DNA of 64,000 bases from Ascidiella aspersa (lineage: Eukaryota): assembly GCA_963924565.1 (NCBI GenBank), contig OZ004608.1:30442001-30506000 (forward strand), read 5' to 3'. Shown here in pieces: positions 11,351 through 24,858 of this stretch. Numbering within the stretch: the stretch's first letter is position 1; every line of letters starts with the position of its first letter. The position numbers and the translations under genes were made by a program. Under the pieces are notes generated by a model, which saw only the letters and a list, made by a program, of their open reading frames with translations, made no database searches and was not told where the DNA came from.

Positions 11351-13496
11351 CTCTTTGACTTTTTGATCAACCAGTTTTCCTGTGCAATACAAATGCGCTT
11401 CTACGAGCTTGGAGCCCACCAATTTTATCACTTTATTTTGTTTCCTTTGTTTAAGTTGTACAGATCCTATAAAAATTAATCAAGTTGCGCAAAAAGATTA
11501 TATGCCCACAATTTGGGTAAAATAGAGTTGAACGTTGTGGTTAACTGTGGTGGGTTTTTTGTTTTGTTGGCTGTTGCATAGGCCGATTATTTTATTCTCA
11601 ACACATTTATTTTGATGTGATTTATGTTCTGCAAATACAAATGTTGTCTTTAATGTAGCTGATGTTACATTTTTATTGCTATTTACTGTATTTCTGCTAT
11701 TAGTCACAGCTTTGATCAACCTGTCCTAGCCAAAGTGTTTATTTTTGTTTTGTCATAGTGTAAAACATAGGGCTTAAATAATTATTAAATTGGGGTTGGA
11801 TGGATATAACACAAACATATGAATTTTGTTCAAACGTTTAAGTAGGGTAAATAGAGATAAAAAATCAAGGATTAAAGCGAAATGTGAATAGATTTATCGT
11901 AATGCCTAATCCTTGAGATTTTACATAAATAAAGACCTTAAAAACTTTCAGAATGCTTTAATTAGGCTGAACAAATTGAATGACATAAGATACTAATCTA
12001 GAGTGACAAGAGAAAATGGGGCCACATGTGTGCATAATTTACAATTATTGAAACCGAAAATTTTGAATCCAAAAGGATATAAGTGGACTGCACATCTCGA
12101 ACTTAACAACTACATTTCTATTATTAGCTTGAATGTGTCATTAATTGTATTTTGCAACAAAATAGACCGGAAAGTTTATTAAATCGAGCTGAATGATAGT
12201 CTGATGTCCAATTATATAGTGTAAAGAGGAAGGTTGGATTTCCTCTATATTTTTTGGCTCGAATTATTTCCACAATTAAAAAAAATCTAGAGATTTCCTT
12301 TGTTGGCAGACCATATCTTATGTGTTTCTGCTGGAGGTAAGGAAAATATAATTCGTTCACTTTGAAGGTTAGGTACATAACAAAGGTATCAACGCGTAAC
12401 AAAATAAAGTGTACAAATAGTGTAATGGCTTACACAGCTAAGAAATATTTCCTAAATACCCACGCCCCGTTAGGTAGATAGAGACAGAGAAAAAAATTAG
12501 ACAGCGACATAATGAACAATTTATCAAACCCAGGGTAAATTTATCCCCAAACTTAAGGGTGAAGTGATTAAGCAAAAATATGTAAACCTTTTAAATTACG
12601 CCGTCTATTTAAATAGTAATACTTAGAGATTTCCGGTTGTATCAGATAAGAATCAACACCCGAAACATAAGTTTTTGCTCGACACTAGGCTGGTATCGTT
12701 GAGGATTTGATACAAAATTTAGGGATTCATCCATGATTTGACCATTCTATGCACATCGGTATAAAATCTCACGTGTCGGACAACTCCATTTACCTGAACA
12801 ATTAGTAATTTTATTTAAAACAACTAGCTAACAACTCAGCAACTATGGTTGTCGATCTTTTATGGATTAGTTATTGATTAGTTACCTTCAAAGACTTTGC
12901 CACGGTCCACGATTATCTCGAATTGAAAGCAGTAATAACCACTCATTGACTACCGCTACATAAATAAACGATTGTTTGAACAATGATACTATCATTGGTT
13001 TAAAGCTGCTATCTTTCCAGATGAAACATCTAAGTGCAATGAAGTTCTTTAAATGTTATTTGTACAATACTTACTAATGCGCCGCTAGGTGTGTTTAGAA
13101 TTTAGACTAACATTAGACATGATGTACAAATACATTTAAAACAATAATTACATATTATGCCCTAATCCAGTGGTTCTCAAACTTAAAAAAAAATTGCAAC
13201 GGTCCAGCAGCAATATTTTAAGGTGCTCACGGTCCCCTTAAAAATATACACAAATAAACACAAAATAACACGTTGTTTAGTACTGCAACGCTATCACTTT
13301 ATTTGAGTGAAGTAATCACGAACAGTTTTAAAACCGTGACCGTACAGCCCACAGTAGTGACAGGCTGGCAGCGCAGCAACAGCAAGTTGTAATACGGAAT
13401 TCTCATTAGCACAATGCACAACTATGACGTCACAATGCACAATTCAACTCAAAGCATGCCGCAAACACGTTTAACTTACGTTAGTTTAGTTTAGTG

Positions 13497-15875
13497 CAGT
13501 GGTTCTCAAACTGTGGTACGCGTACCACTAGTGGTACGCAAGAGCTTTTTAAGTGGTACGCGAAGATTTTGGCGTTATTTTATTGTATTTAATCTACAAT
13601 TTGCCATTCTTTGCAGTAGCTAAAACTACTATAAATACACGACAATATAACAATAAGTTAACTGTAGAACAATTTCACGTTGGCATTATTGCGTCATAGT
13701 TGATCCTAACAAACAAAACTAAGCAACTGATGAGATGAGCTCATTAGTAACTGGAGCTATAACAGGTTAATAGATCAGTATAGTAAGCAGGATATATTTT
13801 AAGCATGTCGAAACGAATAAAATCCAGAAATACATCAAGTATGGGTTCATTGCAATCGAACATGCAGGAGAGTGTTTGCCACAGTGTGTGGTTTGCATGA
13901 AAACCCTTTCTAATGCGGCCATGAAGCCAAGTTTGTTAAAACGGCACCTTGACTCAAATCATGCAGAAAAAAAGAACCGAGATCAGAGTTATTTTGAGCG
14001 ACTTGGGGTGAACACGAAAAGACAACGCCTAGACAAGACAGGCCAGTTTCATCAAAAGAAAGTAGGGATAGTAAAATCGTCATATGAAGTGTCTCTTCTG
14101 GTAGCTCAGAATATGAAAGCTTATACAATCGCTGAGTCCCTGGTTTTACCAGCAGCAAAAATCCTAGTCAAGAACCTGATCGGAGAAGAGGCAGCGGACA
14201 AACTGAACAGCGTGTCCCTTTCTAACGACTGTAAAACGACGTATTCAAGATATGTCTGTTGACATTGCTGAACAAGTGATTGCTGGAGCAAAAGACTCAA
14301 AGTTTGGATTTTCCATTCAACTCGATGAGTCAACAGATGTCTCCAAGTGTAGCCAACTGCTAGTTTATGTCCGCTTTATCCAAAATGACACGGTAAAAAC
14401 GGAGTTAATGTTGAGTCAGGAGCTGGCTACTACAACAAAAGGAAAGATGTATTCAACGTTTTGGACAATTTTTTCAAGGAGAATGACCTGGATTGGAAAA
14501 TGTTAGTTGGATGCACGACGGATGGTACTCCAGCAATGCTTGGAAGAAAGTCAGGATTTCAAGCATATGTGAAAGATGTATCACCAAAAGCTACCTTTGT
14601 CCACTGTTTTATCCATAGATTTGCACTTTGCGCCAAAGTGCTTCCTTCTGATTTAATGTCATGCTTGAACAAAATAATTAAGATTGTGAATTTTATAAAA
14701 ACATCAGCTCTAAATACTCGGCTATTTGCAGGGCTCTGTGAAGATGTCGGTTCTGATCATAAGTGTCTTCTCTTTCACACAGAGGTTCGCTGGCTTTTCC
14801 GCGGGAATGTGACAATGAGGGTCTTTGAACTTAGGCATGAATTACTGACCTTTTTCAAAAAGAAAAAACACGACTTTAAATATGATTTAGAGAACGAAGA
14901 GTTTATTTTACAGCTGGCCTACATGTCGGACATTTTTCAGGCCCTAAACTTTGTAAATCTTTCGTTCCAAGGACCGAACAGCAATATAACAGTTTTTATT
15001 ACAAAACTGAAAGCATTTATTTGCAAACTTGATATATGGACTAAAAACGTGGAAAATAAACAATACGGAATGTTTAAACAGCTTAGCACTCTTTCAGTTG
15101 ACCCCAGTGACAAATTATCTCAAGAAATTGCTGACCACCTTAAGTTGCTCAAAACGGAATTGGTGCATTATTTTCCAGATTTTGAAAGTTGCACCTACGC
15201 TGTCAATCCATTCTGCACCAATCCAGTTGTTCTACCCGTAGGAACAGGAGAACAAGAAGACGTAATAAGAATATCAAAGCCCATACAGAAGTAGGTATCA
15301 TTTTGAACGTTTCGAATAACTCTTTATTTCATTTTCAACATTTCATTTTTCAACATCTTATTACGTCTTACTACAACCTCCAACCATTATGCTCCAAAGA
15401 ACAAGAAGAGATAATTGATATTCAGGTTGACGAAACAGCAAAAGCAAAGCAGAAGGAATGCTCTTCTATAAATTTCTGGTTATCCATAAGTTCCACTTAC
15501 CCAACATTGGCCCGAAATGCTGTTCCTCAGCTATTAGTTTTCCCCTCGACATGGGAGTGTGAGTAAGGGTTCTCGGCCTTAATGGCCATTAAGTCGAAGA
15601 GCCGGAATCGTCTAACTGAGCCTAAAAACGATTTTCGATGTGCTGTGACTAATGTTGTGCCCCGGATAGACAAGCTTGTGCAAAAGAAACAGTTGCACCT
15701 ATCACATTAAAATGTGTTTTCTTGCTGTTAACTCGTATTGCGTTATAGTAATAACGGTAATAACTAATAAATACTGGTACATTTGAGTATAGTAATTTAT
15801 TCAGAGCCAGGTGGTACGCAAGGTAGTAGTGAATGAAGAAGTGGTACGCCATCGGAAAAAGTTTGAGAAACACTG
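13497..15875 (+). mobile_element. Full-length-type Buster/Charlie hAT DNA transposon
   Basis: TIRs CAGTGGTTCTCAAACT/AGTTTGAGAAACACTG, perfect TSD GTTTAGTG, subterminal GTGGTACGC repeats, and transposase sequence inside. Confidence 0.93.
13805..15710 (+). pseudogene. Inactivated Buster-group hAT transposase (ZBED5/ZBED8/SCAND3-like)
   Basis: Motifs: BED finger PQCVVC...KPSLLKRHL..H, IQLDESTD, CTTDG, HCFIHR, HTEVRWL, STWECE*GFS and a C-terminal KQLHLSH. Lesions: frameshifts near 13820, 14230 and 14445, a 149-nt insertion at 15261-15409 and a premature TAA near 15564. Confidence 0.92.
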
Positions 15876-15888
15876 GTTTAGTGTAATG

Positions 15889-16437
15889 CAGGGGTGTCCA
15901 ACCTGCGGCCCATCTGATGTTTACGTGCGGCCCACCACTTATGCTCAGTTTCAGTAGCCTTTATTTAAAACAATTGTTCCGACTAACATCAAACGTGTAT
16001 AACGCGCAGTATTTGATATAGGCCTAATCTTATATGTTTTCTGAGATTATAATCGAGGCTAATGTCGCATTTCGACATCCATCGAACGCTTGTGCACCCA
16101 TCATTTTTAAGCAAGATGTGTGTTTTTCTAAGTGTGTGTTTTTGCGGACCATTTTAAGGAAATATGTCCGCCCAAAGGTGCGTACCATGGCATGATACAG
16201 CATGTAAACTTAATTTTTTGCGCTTCACCAAAAAATAGGGCTGCGATTTAGGCTATTGGAGTACTTGCACATAAGGCCGAGATTTATGTTTAGGCGCGAG
16301 TTAACTCTCGAAGGATGGGTGTTTACTGCTTGTTAACGTAACTTAGGACGTCACCCCTTATGTTTAATAGGTTTTGCGGCCCATTGAATTTTAAATGTGC
16401 AATGCGGCCCATTCTGCTGAAAGGTTGTACATTCCTG
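15889..16437. mobile_element. hAT MITE nested next to the transposase-bearing element
   Basis: Ends are CAGGGGTGTCCAACCT/AGGTTGTACATTCCTG, with a perfect TSD GTGTAATG. Confidence 0.88.
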
Positions 16438-17803
16438 GTGTAATGTCACTTTCGCGCGTATGGTTCGAGCCTAAGTTTGACTTTCTTTTGTCCGTCAATT
16501 AGGCCTATGTACGGCATGGTTATTATTATTTTGTTTGTTAAGCTTGGAAAAGTAAGTTGCCTGAAAACGTTATCGCCCAAAAATGTTTCTTCTTCAGGAG
16601 CGTCGTGTTGTTTTTATGTTCGTTGCTTCGCGGTCCCAGGATATTGTCTCGTGGACCCCAGTTTGAGAGCCACTGCCCTAATCTGATATTTTTGAATTGA
16701 AATAAACGTCAAATGTAGTTCAGCTTTACCTTGATCACAAAGAACAAACCAATTGCCGATGAGGAAAAGGCAGATATAAATGTTTGGCCGAGCTGTGACC
16801 TCATTTAATTTGAACTTCTATGTGGTGTTGTATTAATTGGCTTGATACTGGCATTCGGATCTTTATAGTCCAAAGTATTCCGCGTGTTTAACCTTAACAT
16901 TGAGTAAAAATGGTTTGGCACTTTCGCAACAAAGGTGTAATTTTTTATTCTACCTTTCCGATCACATATATAAGAAAATCTACTCTAATAATTAACAGTT
17001 TGCGGCCCTCAGTTTCAAAAATTGGAACTAAACATGCGCGCGTCGGGCTCGGCACTCTTGTAGTCTGTAATCTTACTCGACAGCCCTGGCTTAAAATTTC
17101 CCATGCAGAATTATTTCATGGATGACTTTTATTAACTCATTTGATTAAAAAGGACAATGCAATAAAAGAGCTGCTGCAAAGAAAAAAACGCATTTCATAT
17201 TGGCCTTACTACAAAGTAGTTATGCATAGCGCTGTTAACAAATGCAGTGTCTCCTCGAAAAGCGCATTCAAAACTTAAGATTGCCGGCGGTAATCTCTAC
17301 ATTCTTGTTTGATTACGGTATTTCTCAAGGAATAAAAAGGAATAACAGCAGAAACGAAAAACAGAGAAATTGATTAGGGTGTAAGCCACTCACAATGATC
17401 AGTAATGAAAGGAGAGAGCAGTTGGTTGAATTATTTCACACGAATACACCAAGACAATTGCAAAGAAACGAAGAAAGCGAAAATCTCACAAAAATGAAAT
17501 GGCTAAAATGACGGATTATTTGGCTTCTCAAACTGGGCCATGAAACGGATTTTTACAAGCAATGATTACGGGTCAATAGAACACTAACGTTCTTCTGCCT
17601 TTCGTTATACAAATGTCATAAAACAAATATTGTAAAACAAAATTTAAGATATTAGACCACAATAAAAGTTATGTTTAACTCTTTACTGTCGAAACTGAAG
17701 GGTCGCCGAGATTTTTCAGGAAAAAAATAATCGAAAAGCCCCACAAGATTAGGTGATATATTGGGATTTACACAGGAAAGGATGGCGACCGACCACAACA
17801 GGA

Positions 17804-20800
17804 TTACTTCATCTCTGGCATACCGGCCACCATTGCCCCTTCGATTCCACACTCGTTGTGACCGCGCCTGATCTTGAAGAAGCCCTTGGCACCCCAGTCG
17901 CTGTTCCAGCTGTTGGCCACCAGCCAGTAAGGGGTGTTGTCTTCAGTGCCCCACCCGATGATCTTGACGGCATGCCCGCCCAGCTCACCACCAGTTACGT
18001 GCTGGTAGACGCCTGGAGAATTTAGGAATTTTTTAGGTGCGCCGCGGGACATTGACTTGGATGGGCAATTTACGTTATATAACTGACAAGGAGCTTGATA
18101 AAAATGAAAAAGCCCAAAAAGCGTTTGCGATACGTTTTTGTATCATCAGTTAGTGTTATATTATTCATTTTGGCTTTCAGATTCATTATCAATCTACATT
18201 ACAGATCCGTGCATAGTGTGACTAAATAACTGATAATACTGCGGTATTTATTTAACCATGGCGTTGCCGCGTGGTAAGGGTATTTGTCAAATTATTATTT
18301 TTTTTTTAATTTTAATAAAAGTGTTCCGCTTTATATTTCTTTTTTCACTTGTATGAACGAATCTTTTCTGAAGGATTTTGAAGTCCACAGTCATTCGGCA
18401 AAAGTTAGTAAGTTAAAAAAAATTCCGGCCAAAATTCGACCCGCAAATTTTCGAAGAACCGGCCAAATTCAGTAAAGGCCAAATTAATGACACCCGCTAA
18501 CAAACAAAAACTTTTTTTAAGTGACACAATCCCCATTTACCGGATCTGTAAGTCGGGAAGTCGGCGTAAACGGTGAAAGAGGCTTCGACCGGCCCGTGGT
18601 TCATGATCTCCATCTGGATCTGGGCAACGTCTTCGGGCAGCTCGTACGAGTGCTTGCCTTTGTGCACGTCCTTGGCGAAGTTCATGGTCGTGTTGCCGGT
18701 GCACTTGTCCTTGCACTTTGGCGTCTCACCACCCTCGCTGCATTTTGGGCGAGTGCCTGAATAAACAGGTGCACGTAACAATATTATGTTTGTGATCTTT
18801 AGTGTTGTGAACAAGTCATTCTGAAATGACTCGAGTCTCAGTCAAGTCATAAGTCTCAAACTCCTTAGGAATAAACCAAGACACTTCTTTGTCATTAAAA
18901 TTTGTTAACTCTTCCGATTGTGAGAAATATTAAAACTAAAAAATAACACAAAACGCAACTTATAGAAAGCTTATTGTTTTACATCCACACATTGAGATAA
19001 ATAGTTCAATTTTACAAAAATATGCCTAATAAAAACACTTCATTTAAACCGAAGTTATTTGTCAAAAAGACCTTAATTAAGTTAAGTAAAGTCATTTGTC
19101 CTAAAGACTTAAGTCAAGTCATTTGAAAATAGTGACTTAAGTGCATTGACTTAAGTCATTACAACACTGGTAATCCTAGTCCGGGGCTTAACTGAGGGTC
19201 TCCACCATACAGGAGTTCGCTTGTAGGCACATAAAAATTTCCCGCAAAGTTTGAAAAGACTTTCAGATGTCCATTTATACATGTACTTTTTAACATTTGG
19301 TTTGTAAAAATCAAAAACTAAAATAACACAATTCCATGGTACGCGGGGCGTTGTTTAAAGAAATGTGTCTGGAAGCAGACATCGCAAAAGGTTCTAAAAA
19401 TTTGGGAAATGTTTTAAAAAATTAAGAAAGGTTTTAAAAATTGGAGAAACCCCCGAGTATGTTTGAAAGCGTAATGGCCAACAATAACGGTAGACATATA
19501 ATAACGAAACCGATATCTTTATTATTTGAAAGCTACTGGAACGAAATTACATCTCAGATTTTTATGAAAAACGTTTTGCGAAAAAAATTGTGTTACTCTC
19601 CTGTATGAAACTCATTTTAATTGTAAGCGATATGTTACCGTTGTAAGCATACAAGGACATGGCCTACGCTAAAAAAGTGAATTATAAAGGTGTTTGGATG
19701 GTAAAGCCCAAACTAATTAAGTGAGCTGGCATTTTTGCTTGATAGACACTTTTCCGTTTTGCAAGTGTTGCAAACTCAGAAGACCTTACAAAGCTGCCAG
19801 ACATTTTCGTTGTACTTGCTTAGAATGTAACAAGAACCTACCAAAATAGCATTTTCGTGCTTTGAAAACACGTCGCGATGGCCAAGTGTTTGAAACGCAA
19901 GAAGTAGAAAATCACAGGGAAATGAAAACTGACCATGCAAAAGGAACTAGCTAGAAACTGATGTGGCCTACGTATGTGGTAATTTCTCGTTCCAAATAGG
20001 CTGGAGGCTACAAACCTTTTTGTCTCATGGTAAAACGAAAAACGTGTGTACTTGCGTGACGTTTATTGGCGACCATGTAATAAGTTACCCCCAAACACAT
20101 GATTATTTAAAAGGACCATAAAAGAATTGTTGAATTGGATTTTTAGAAGACATATTGCTTTTACCATTTGAAATTATGTCACCATAAGAATACATTTTTC
20201 TCTATGTTTTGGTACCGCATATTAGGTTACATATTAATATGTGTATATTATGGCGGAGTATCAACTTAGGTTTAAGATATAGAGCAGTGTAAGGCTCTGT
20301 TGCTTGAAGCTTTGTTTTTGGAAGTGGACTAACACGGAATCTTAACACGACGCCAAATCCGCCACGATAATGACGTTTAAGAATCAGGAAACGCACAATA
20401 ATTGGCCCACACAAGTTCTGTGACTGCAAACAAAGCTAAGCAAAGTGTTGTATTTGCGTGTGCCTAATAACCGCACCACGTTTTTACAGTTTTATATTGC
20501 AAAACAAATAAAACGCCTTGCAGGGTGGGTGGAATAGAAAAGCAACATCATCAAAAAACACGGCAGTTTTGGAACAATGCCAGCATGCAGGTGACTATTA
20601 AGGATTAATGGGTTTCGGCAATCGGTCTTGTGACTTAATTTCCTGGAAGTTTTTTTTCCTTATTAAATGCGTTTTTACGATTGGCATCTCTATACACCAA
20701 TACCATTTAAATGCAATAAACTGGGAAGAACAAAAGCAGGATACACACATATTTTCCTAGGTTTATCCGCCAATACAAAGGCACCTATTATGCAGACAAA

Positions 20801-23147
20801 ACTAGTGTTTAACGTCATGTGATGCTAAGTGTTTGTTCAGCTTCAATTGGTACCAGTTGGTGCCATCCTTAGCAAGTGTCTGCAACAATGTGTGCAATGT
20901 TGTACCCTATTGCTAAGTGCTCAATGCAACAAATGCCAACTCTTGTTGTTTTTGTTAAGAGAATGAATAATAAATGGGTCAACGCTTTCCACAACGTTAT
21001 GAAGCTAATGTATTGCAGCTAATTTGCAAGTAGTAAAACATCACAGATAACAATTAGTTGCTTCAACTTCCACAAAAGGCAACCAGGCATAAAATCATTG
21101 TTCCAACTGCATTGTGTTTACTTCCTGCTTATCACTGTAGCTGTTATTTAAAAACAGTATTAGATTGTCTGCCACTCATGTTACGCCAATAAACCTGCTG
21201 AGAGACTCTATGATGTCCGTCTTATTAAACCAGGAAATATTTTTGAATTCTATACAGTAGTGCAATTAAAAGGTACCTTCAACATGGTGTTCACAAGGCG
21301 CAATCGAGTATGGCTGACAGTACTCTGTGTCCTTGTACAAGAAACCAGTTACCAGGCCAGTCTTCAACCAGTACTGCCATGCAGCAGCTGGAAAACCACC
21401 GTTACATCTTAAAAAAAAGATAAATGTTGAGGGTACTTTTTGGATTATGAAACAAAACAAGCTTAGCTTCTTTATAATTCCAACATATCTAGGAGTAAAC
21501 ACATCTAAGATGTAAAACAGCCAATATACTACAAATAACTGCAGGAGGCCAATTAAAAAACAAACATTGGCCTTAATTTGCAGCAAATTACATATAACAG
21601 TCAGGGCCTCAAACCAAAAAATAAAAATGTAGAAGCACAATAGTTATCAGAACAAGTTTTACTACGGCAAAACAACAAAATTAAAAAATGTTTTACCCAT
21701 CTCCACATTCTCTACAGCAGCTAGTCAGATCTTCGGCAGAGATTTCTGTGATAACTGAACCGTTGCTGGCAATGCAAATCCGATCAGAGATGGCTTCAAC
21801 AGCACCAAAGGCCCAGCAAGATCCACATGAGCCCTTCAGGTAAGTTTTGTTTACTAATAGCCAGGCTTCCAGTTTTATTAAGATATATATTATACCAATT
21901 AGGTTTTATTAAAGAAAATATATCTCATAGAAGTGTAACTCTTTAGGATTTTTACTCGCTTTTATTATCTACCTCTCATAATCCACTTTTACCAGAATGA
22001 AATTTACAGTTTATAATACAGTTAATAACAGATGAAATGGCTAAAAAATAACTTGAAAGATATGATGCATACAATTTGAATTGTTTACCTGGTCTCGGAT
22101 GGCCTTAATTGACGGACAATTTGGCCATTTAGTCCTTGAGTCAAATGTCTCTGGTACCTTGCTGGCATCAATTTTGCGGAACCTTGTTGCAACAATTAAA
22201 AAGCATTAAAAGTGTAGAATGTTTTTTGAACTATAAACTATTATAAAGCTATAAGTAAACTTCCGAAGTATGTGGAAAGTATATATGTATGGCTAACAGA
22301 TAATCTTTATTGGCTAAAAAAGTACAAAATATAAGGAAATTTTCAAGGTTTTCAATATTTTATATTTAGCTGTAGTATGCCTTAATTGTTCTTGAAATAC
22401 ACTTATTTCTTTATAATAAAACATACAAATAGCTGTGTATCTAATTAAATAAAACTGTTATATATAATAAATAAAAAAGGATTGCTCAATCCTACATAAG
22501 AGGGAGCCTAGCTTGAGGGTCATCATTCTTCTTCACACCGCACAAGTGTTTCAGAGATTGTGGTGTGTAGTATTCTGGATCGAAGTTGTGGGTTGCCTGA
22601 GAGGGAGCAAAATTAAAATGCTGAATACAGGTATAACCAATTTGTATATTTTGGAAGCATTTTTCTTACTCTACTAAAACAAAGCTTTGTGGTAAATCAT
22701 GAGATTATACATATATACTTGAAATATATGAGTTACATTTCTCCTTTATCACTGGTTAATTGTGTATGAGACTTTATCAGGATTTGGGTGGTGTCAAATT
22801 AGTGTTTTAAAATCATAGGACCCCACTGCATTTCATAACTTATGGTGGCCAAGAAAAAAACAAAATATGAGTAAAAATTTATTATCCACATTGCTCTGTC
22901 CAATTACTAACTAAGATTTCAAACAAATTGCTTCTCAGTTAAGCAATTCCCACATTTCAGACTATTGATGAAAGTTGGTTGAAGAAATAACCAATAGCTT
23001 AACAAACAAGAAATTAGTTACCTTCCAAGTTGTTTTCATAGAATTCACGGTTTCAACAATATCATAGAAGTTCTCTTCTTTTTCAAAGACGACGAGGCCT
23101 CGGACTGCACAAAACAGGCAAAACGCAAGGGCAATGCTAACACGCAT
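17804..23147 (-). CDS. CTSB: Cathepsin B, canonical active copy (337 aa, 7 coding exons)
   Basis: Exons 23147-23022, 22596-22496, 22182-22089, 21833-21697, 21407-21277, 18756-18541 and 18012-17804, all GT-AG (1014 nt). Contains signal peptide, propeptide, [13 protein letters not shown] (Gln, Cys), occluding loop PCEHH, GGHAV (His) and ANSW (Asn). Confidence 0.96.
18800..19169. mobile_element. GACTT-rich hAT MITE family copy in CTSB intron 5
   Basis: Ends are TAGTGTTGTGAAC...TTACAACACTG, with degenerate TSD GTGATCTT/GTAATCCT and AAGTC-rich internal repeats. Confidence 0.8.
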
Positions 23148-24858
23148 TGTGACAACGAAAATGTTTAAAACAAACTAAAATAACTGGTTTCTTCATAGAA
23201 AAACAACACAATTCGAATTAGCTTGTTATAATTTATTAACGGTAAACCAAATGACTATTGCACTGCACAGCGAGGCACAACGCACATACACAGACAAGCG
23301 GAACATAGGCTATGTTAGTGAAGTGTTTCGTAACTACATTTCTTTGTTTACTGCAAGCCTTTTTCTTTAAAAACACGCCATGCATGACTAAGCAGAGTCG
23401 CAGACCTTAACAACAAATGACTTTTGTTCTATGATTTTTCACCACTGTTTTTTCTCAAAGGGTAGTTGATACAAACTAGATTGTAAACGCGCATATTCAT
23501 TACCGAGCAACAGCTGTCGTTACATATCATGCGCCTCTATTTCACTTACGGTACTACTTGCTATTATTTTATGACATTGTTTGTGCTCAACAGACTTTTT
23601 ATCCAAAACAAAAATTTGCCGCTGATTTTCATCATCGTTTTTCAAAGTTTTATTGCAAATAAATTCGAAATTTGTATTTACAATAACACAGAAAGACACA
23701 ATAAAAAACGTATCACTTCAACAAAAGCAGCGAATTCGACTTAAGATTTTTTAATGTTATGATTGTTTGCAAGTTATATCGGTAAATAATATTATCTGTT
23801 TTCGTATCTATTTTATTTTAGTCAATTAGTATATTAAATGATTAAGCATTTTTAACGCTGTTAATCCTATTGTCGAAAAAAGCCTAAATAGTTGTACATT
23901 TGAACAGTGAGCAATGACCAGCAGAATTATCTTACTCCAATTAAAACTGAACAAACTGTCACAGCATTTCAGAGTGCATTGTCAGACTGCGAATTGTAAA
24001 TATGCAAGAACGATTTTTAACAGAAATTTCCTCTACACCCGCGTAACAAACACGTTACAATTACAAAGAGAGATGCTCGCTCGCTATACATAGTAAATAC
24101 AATTATGGCATTTTAAGATTTCAATGCAGTACATGAGAACTGATCTAACACATCACATATCGAAAATTAATCATAACACTGCAACTAGGGATTTCCAATT
24201 AAATAAATTCTTTTTGTCCATTTTCCTCCCCAGTTTATCCCTGGAACAAATTTTCTCCCGTAATTAAAAAAATGATCCCTAAGGAGGCCATGTGGCTCCC
24301 TTTGAGAATCACTGGTCCAGCCAGCACAATTATTGCCTGTTTTTGATAAGACACAGCCGAAGGCACTTCACTGCGCCGCAAACCTGCCATGCGGGCGGGA
24401 ATTACTCGGCCAATAAAGGATTTTATAGCAAACAAGTCTAGCCTAGAAAAGCATAGCATGTCATGTCGTTGTAAGTAAAACCTCGCCTTAACGGGCCCGT
24501 CTCTTTACCAACTGAACTATACGCGGGATCAGGCGGGAGAGCAAGTCGAGGAAGAAGCAGAGCAATTTTGCCTGTTACATCCCGAACAACTTAAAATCCA
24601 ACGACGGTGCATATCAAGTCATCGACGCATTCATGCACAGGTGTTTACAGTTGCCATTCATCCATTTTGTAGAACAAAGAAGACAGCAGTGTTTTTTAAG
24701 GTGAAACGGTCCCCCAAATTTCTCCAGTGGTTTCCCAAATTTTGGACTTGCAACTTTTTGCTATTGAAATGAAACACTTGCGGTATCTTAAAACTACTTA
24801 GCGGTCACCCAAACCAAACCTTAAAAAAAAACCTGAAAGACAGTGTAACAAAGTTTAT

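Larger units (their letters stand above)
13168..16675. mobile_element. Non-autonomous hAT element acting as host for two nested insertions
   Basis: TIRs CAGTGGTTCTCAAACT/AGTTTGAGAGCCACTG and a perfect TSD CCCTAATC (13160-13167, 16676-16683). Confidence 0.9.

Noticed and set aside
11122-11358. 78-aa ORF overlapping ATP6V0E in another frame
   Set aside because: No ATG at the annotated start and no motif; a shadow of the real CDS.
13876-15566. Possible domesticated ZBED/SCAND3-like host gene
   Set aside because: Intact TIRs and TSD together with several frameshifts, an insertion and a stop codon show it is a dead transposon copy.
17753-18764. Plus-strand ORFs opposite cathepsin exons (also at 27481, 31311 and 32408)
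   Set aside because: Antisense shadows of GC3-rich coding exons.
24490-24530. tRNA A-box-like TAGTTCAGTTGGTAAAG on the minus strand
   Set aside because: No T-arm/B-box or cloverleaf follows; at most a decayed SINE head.
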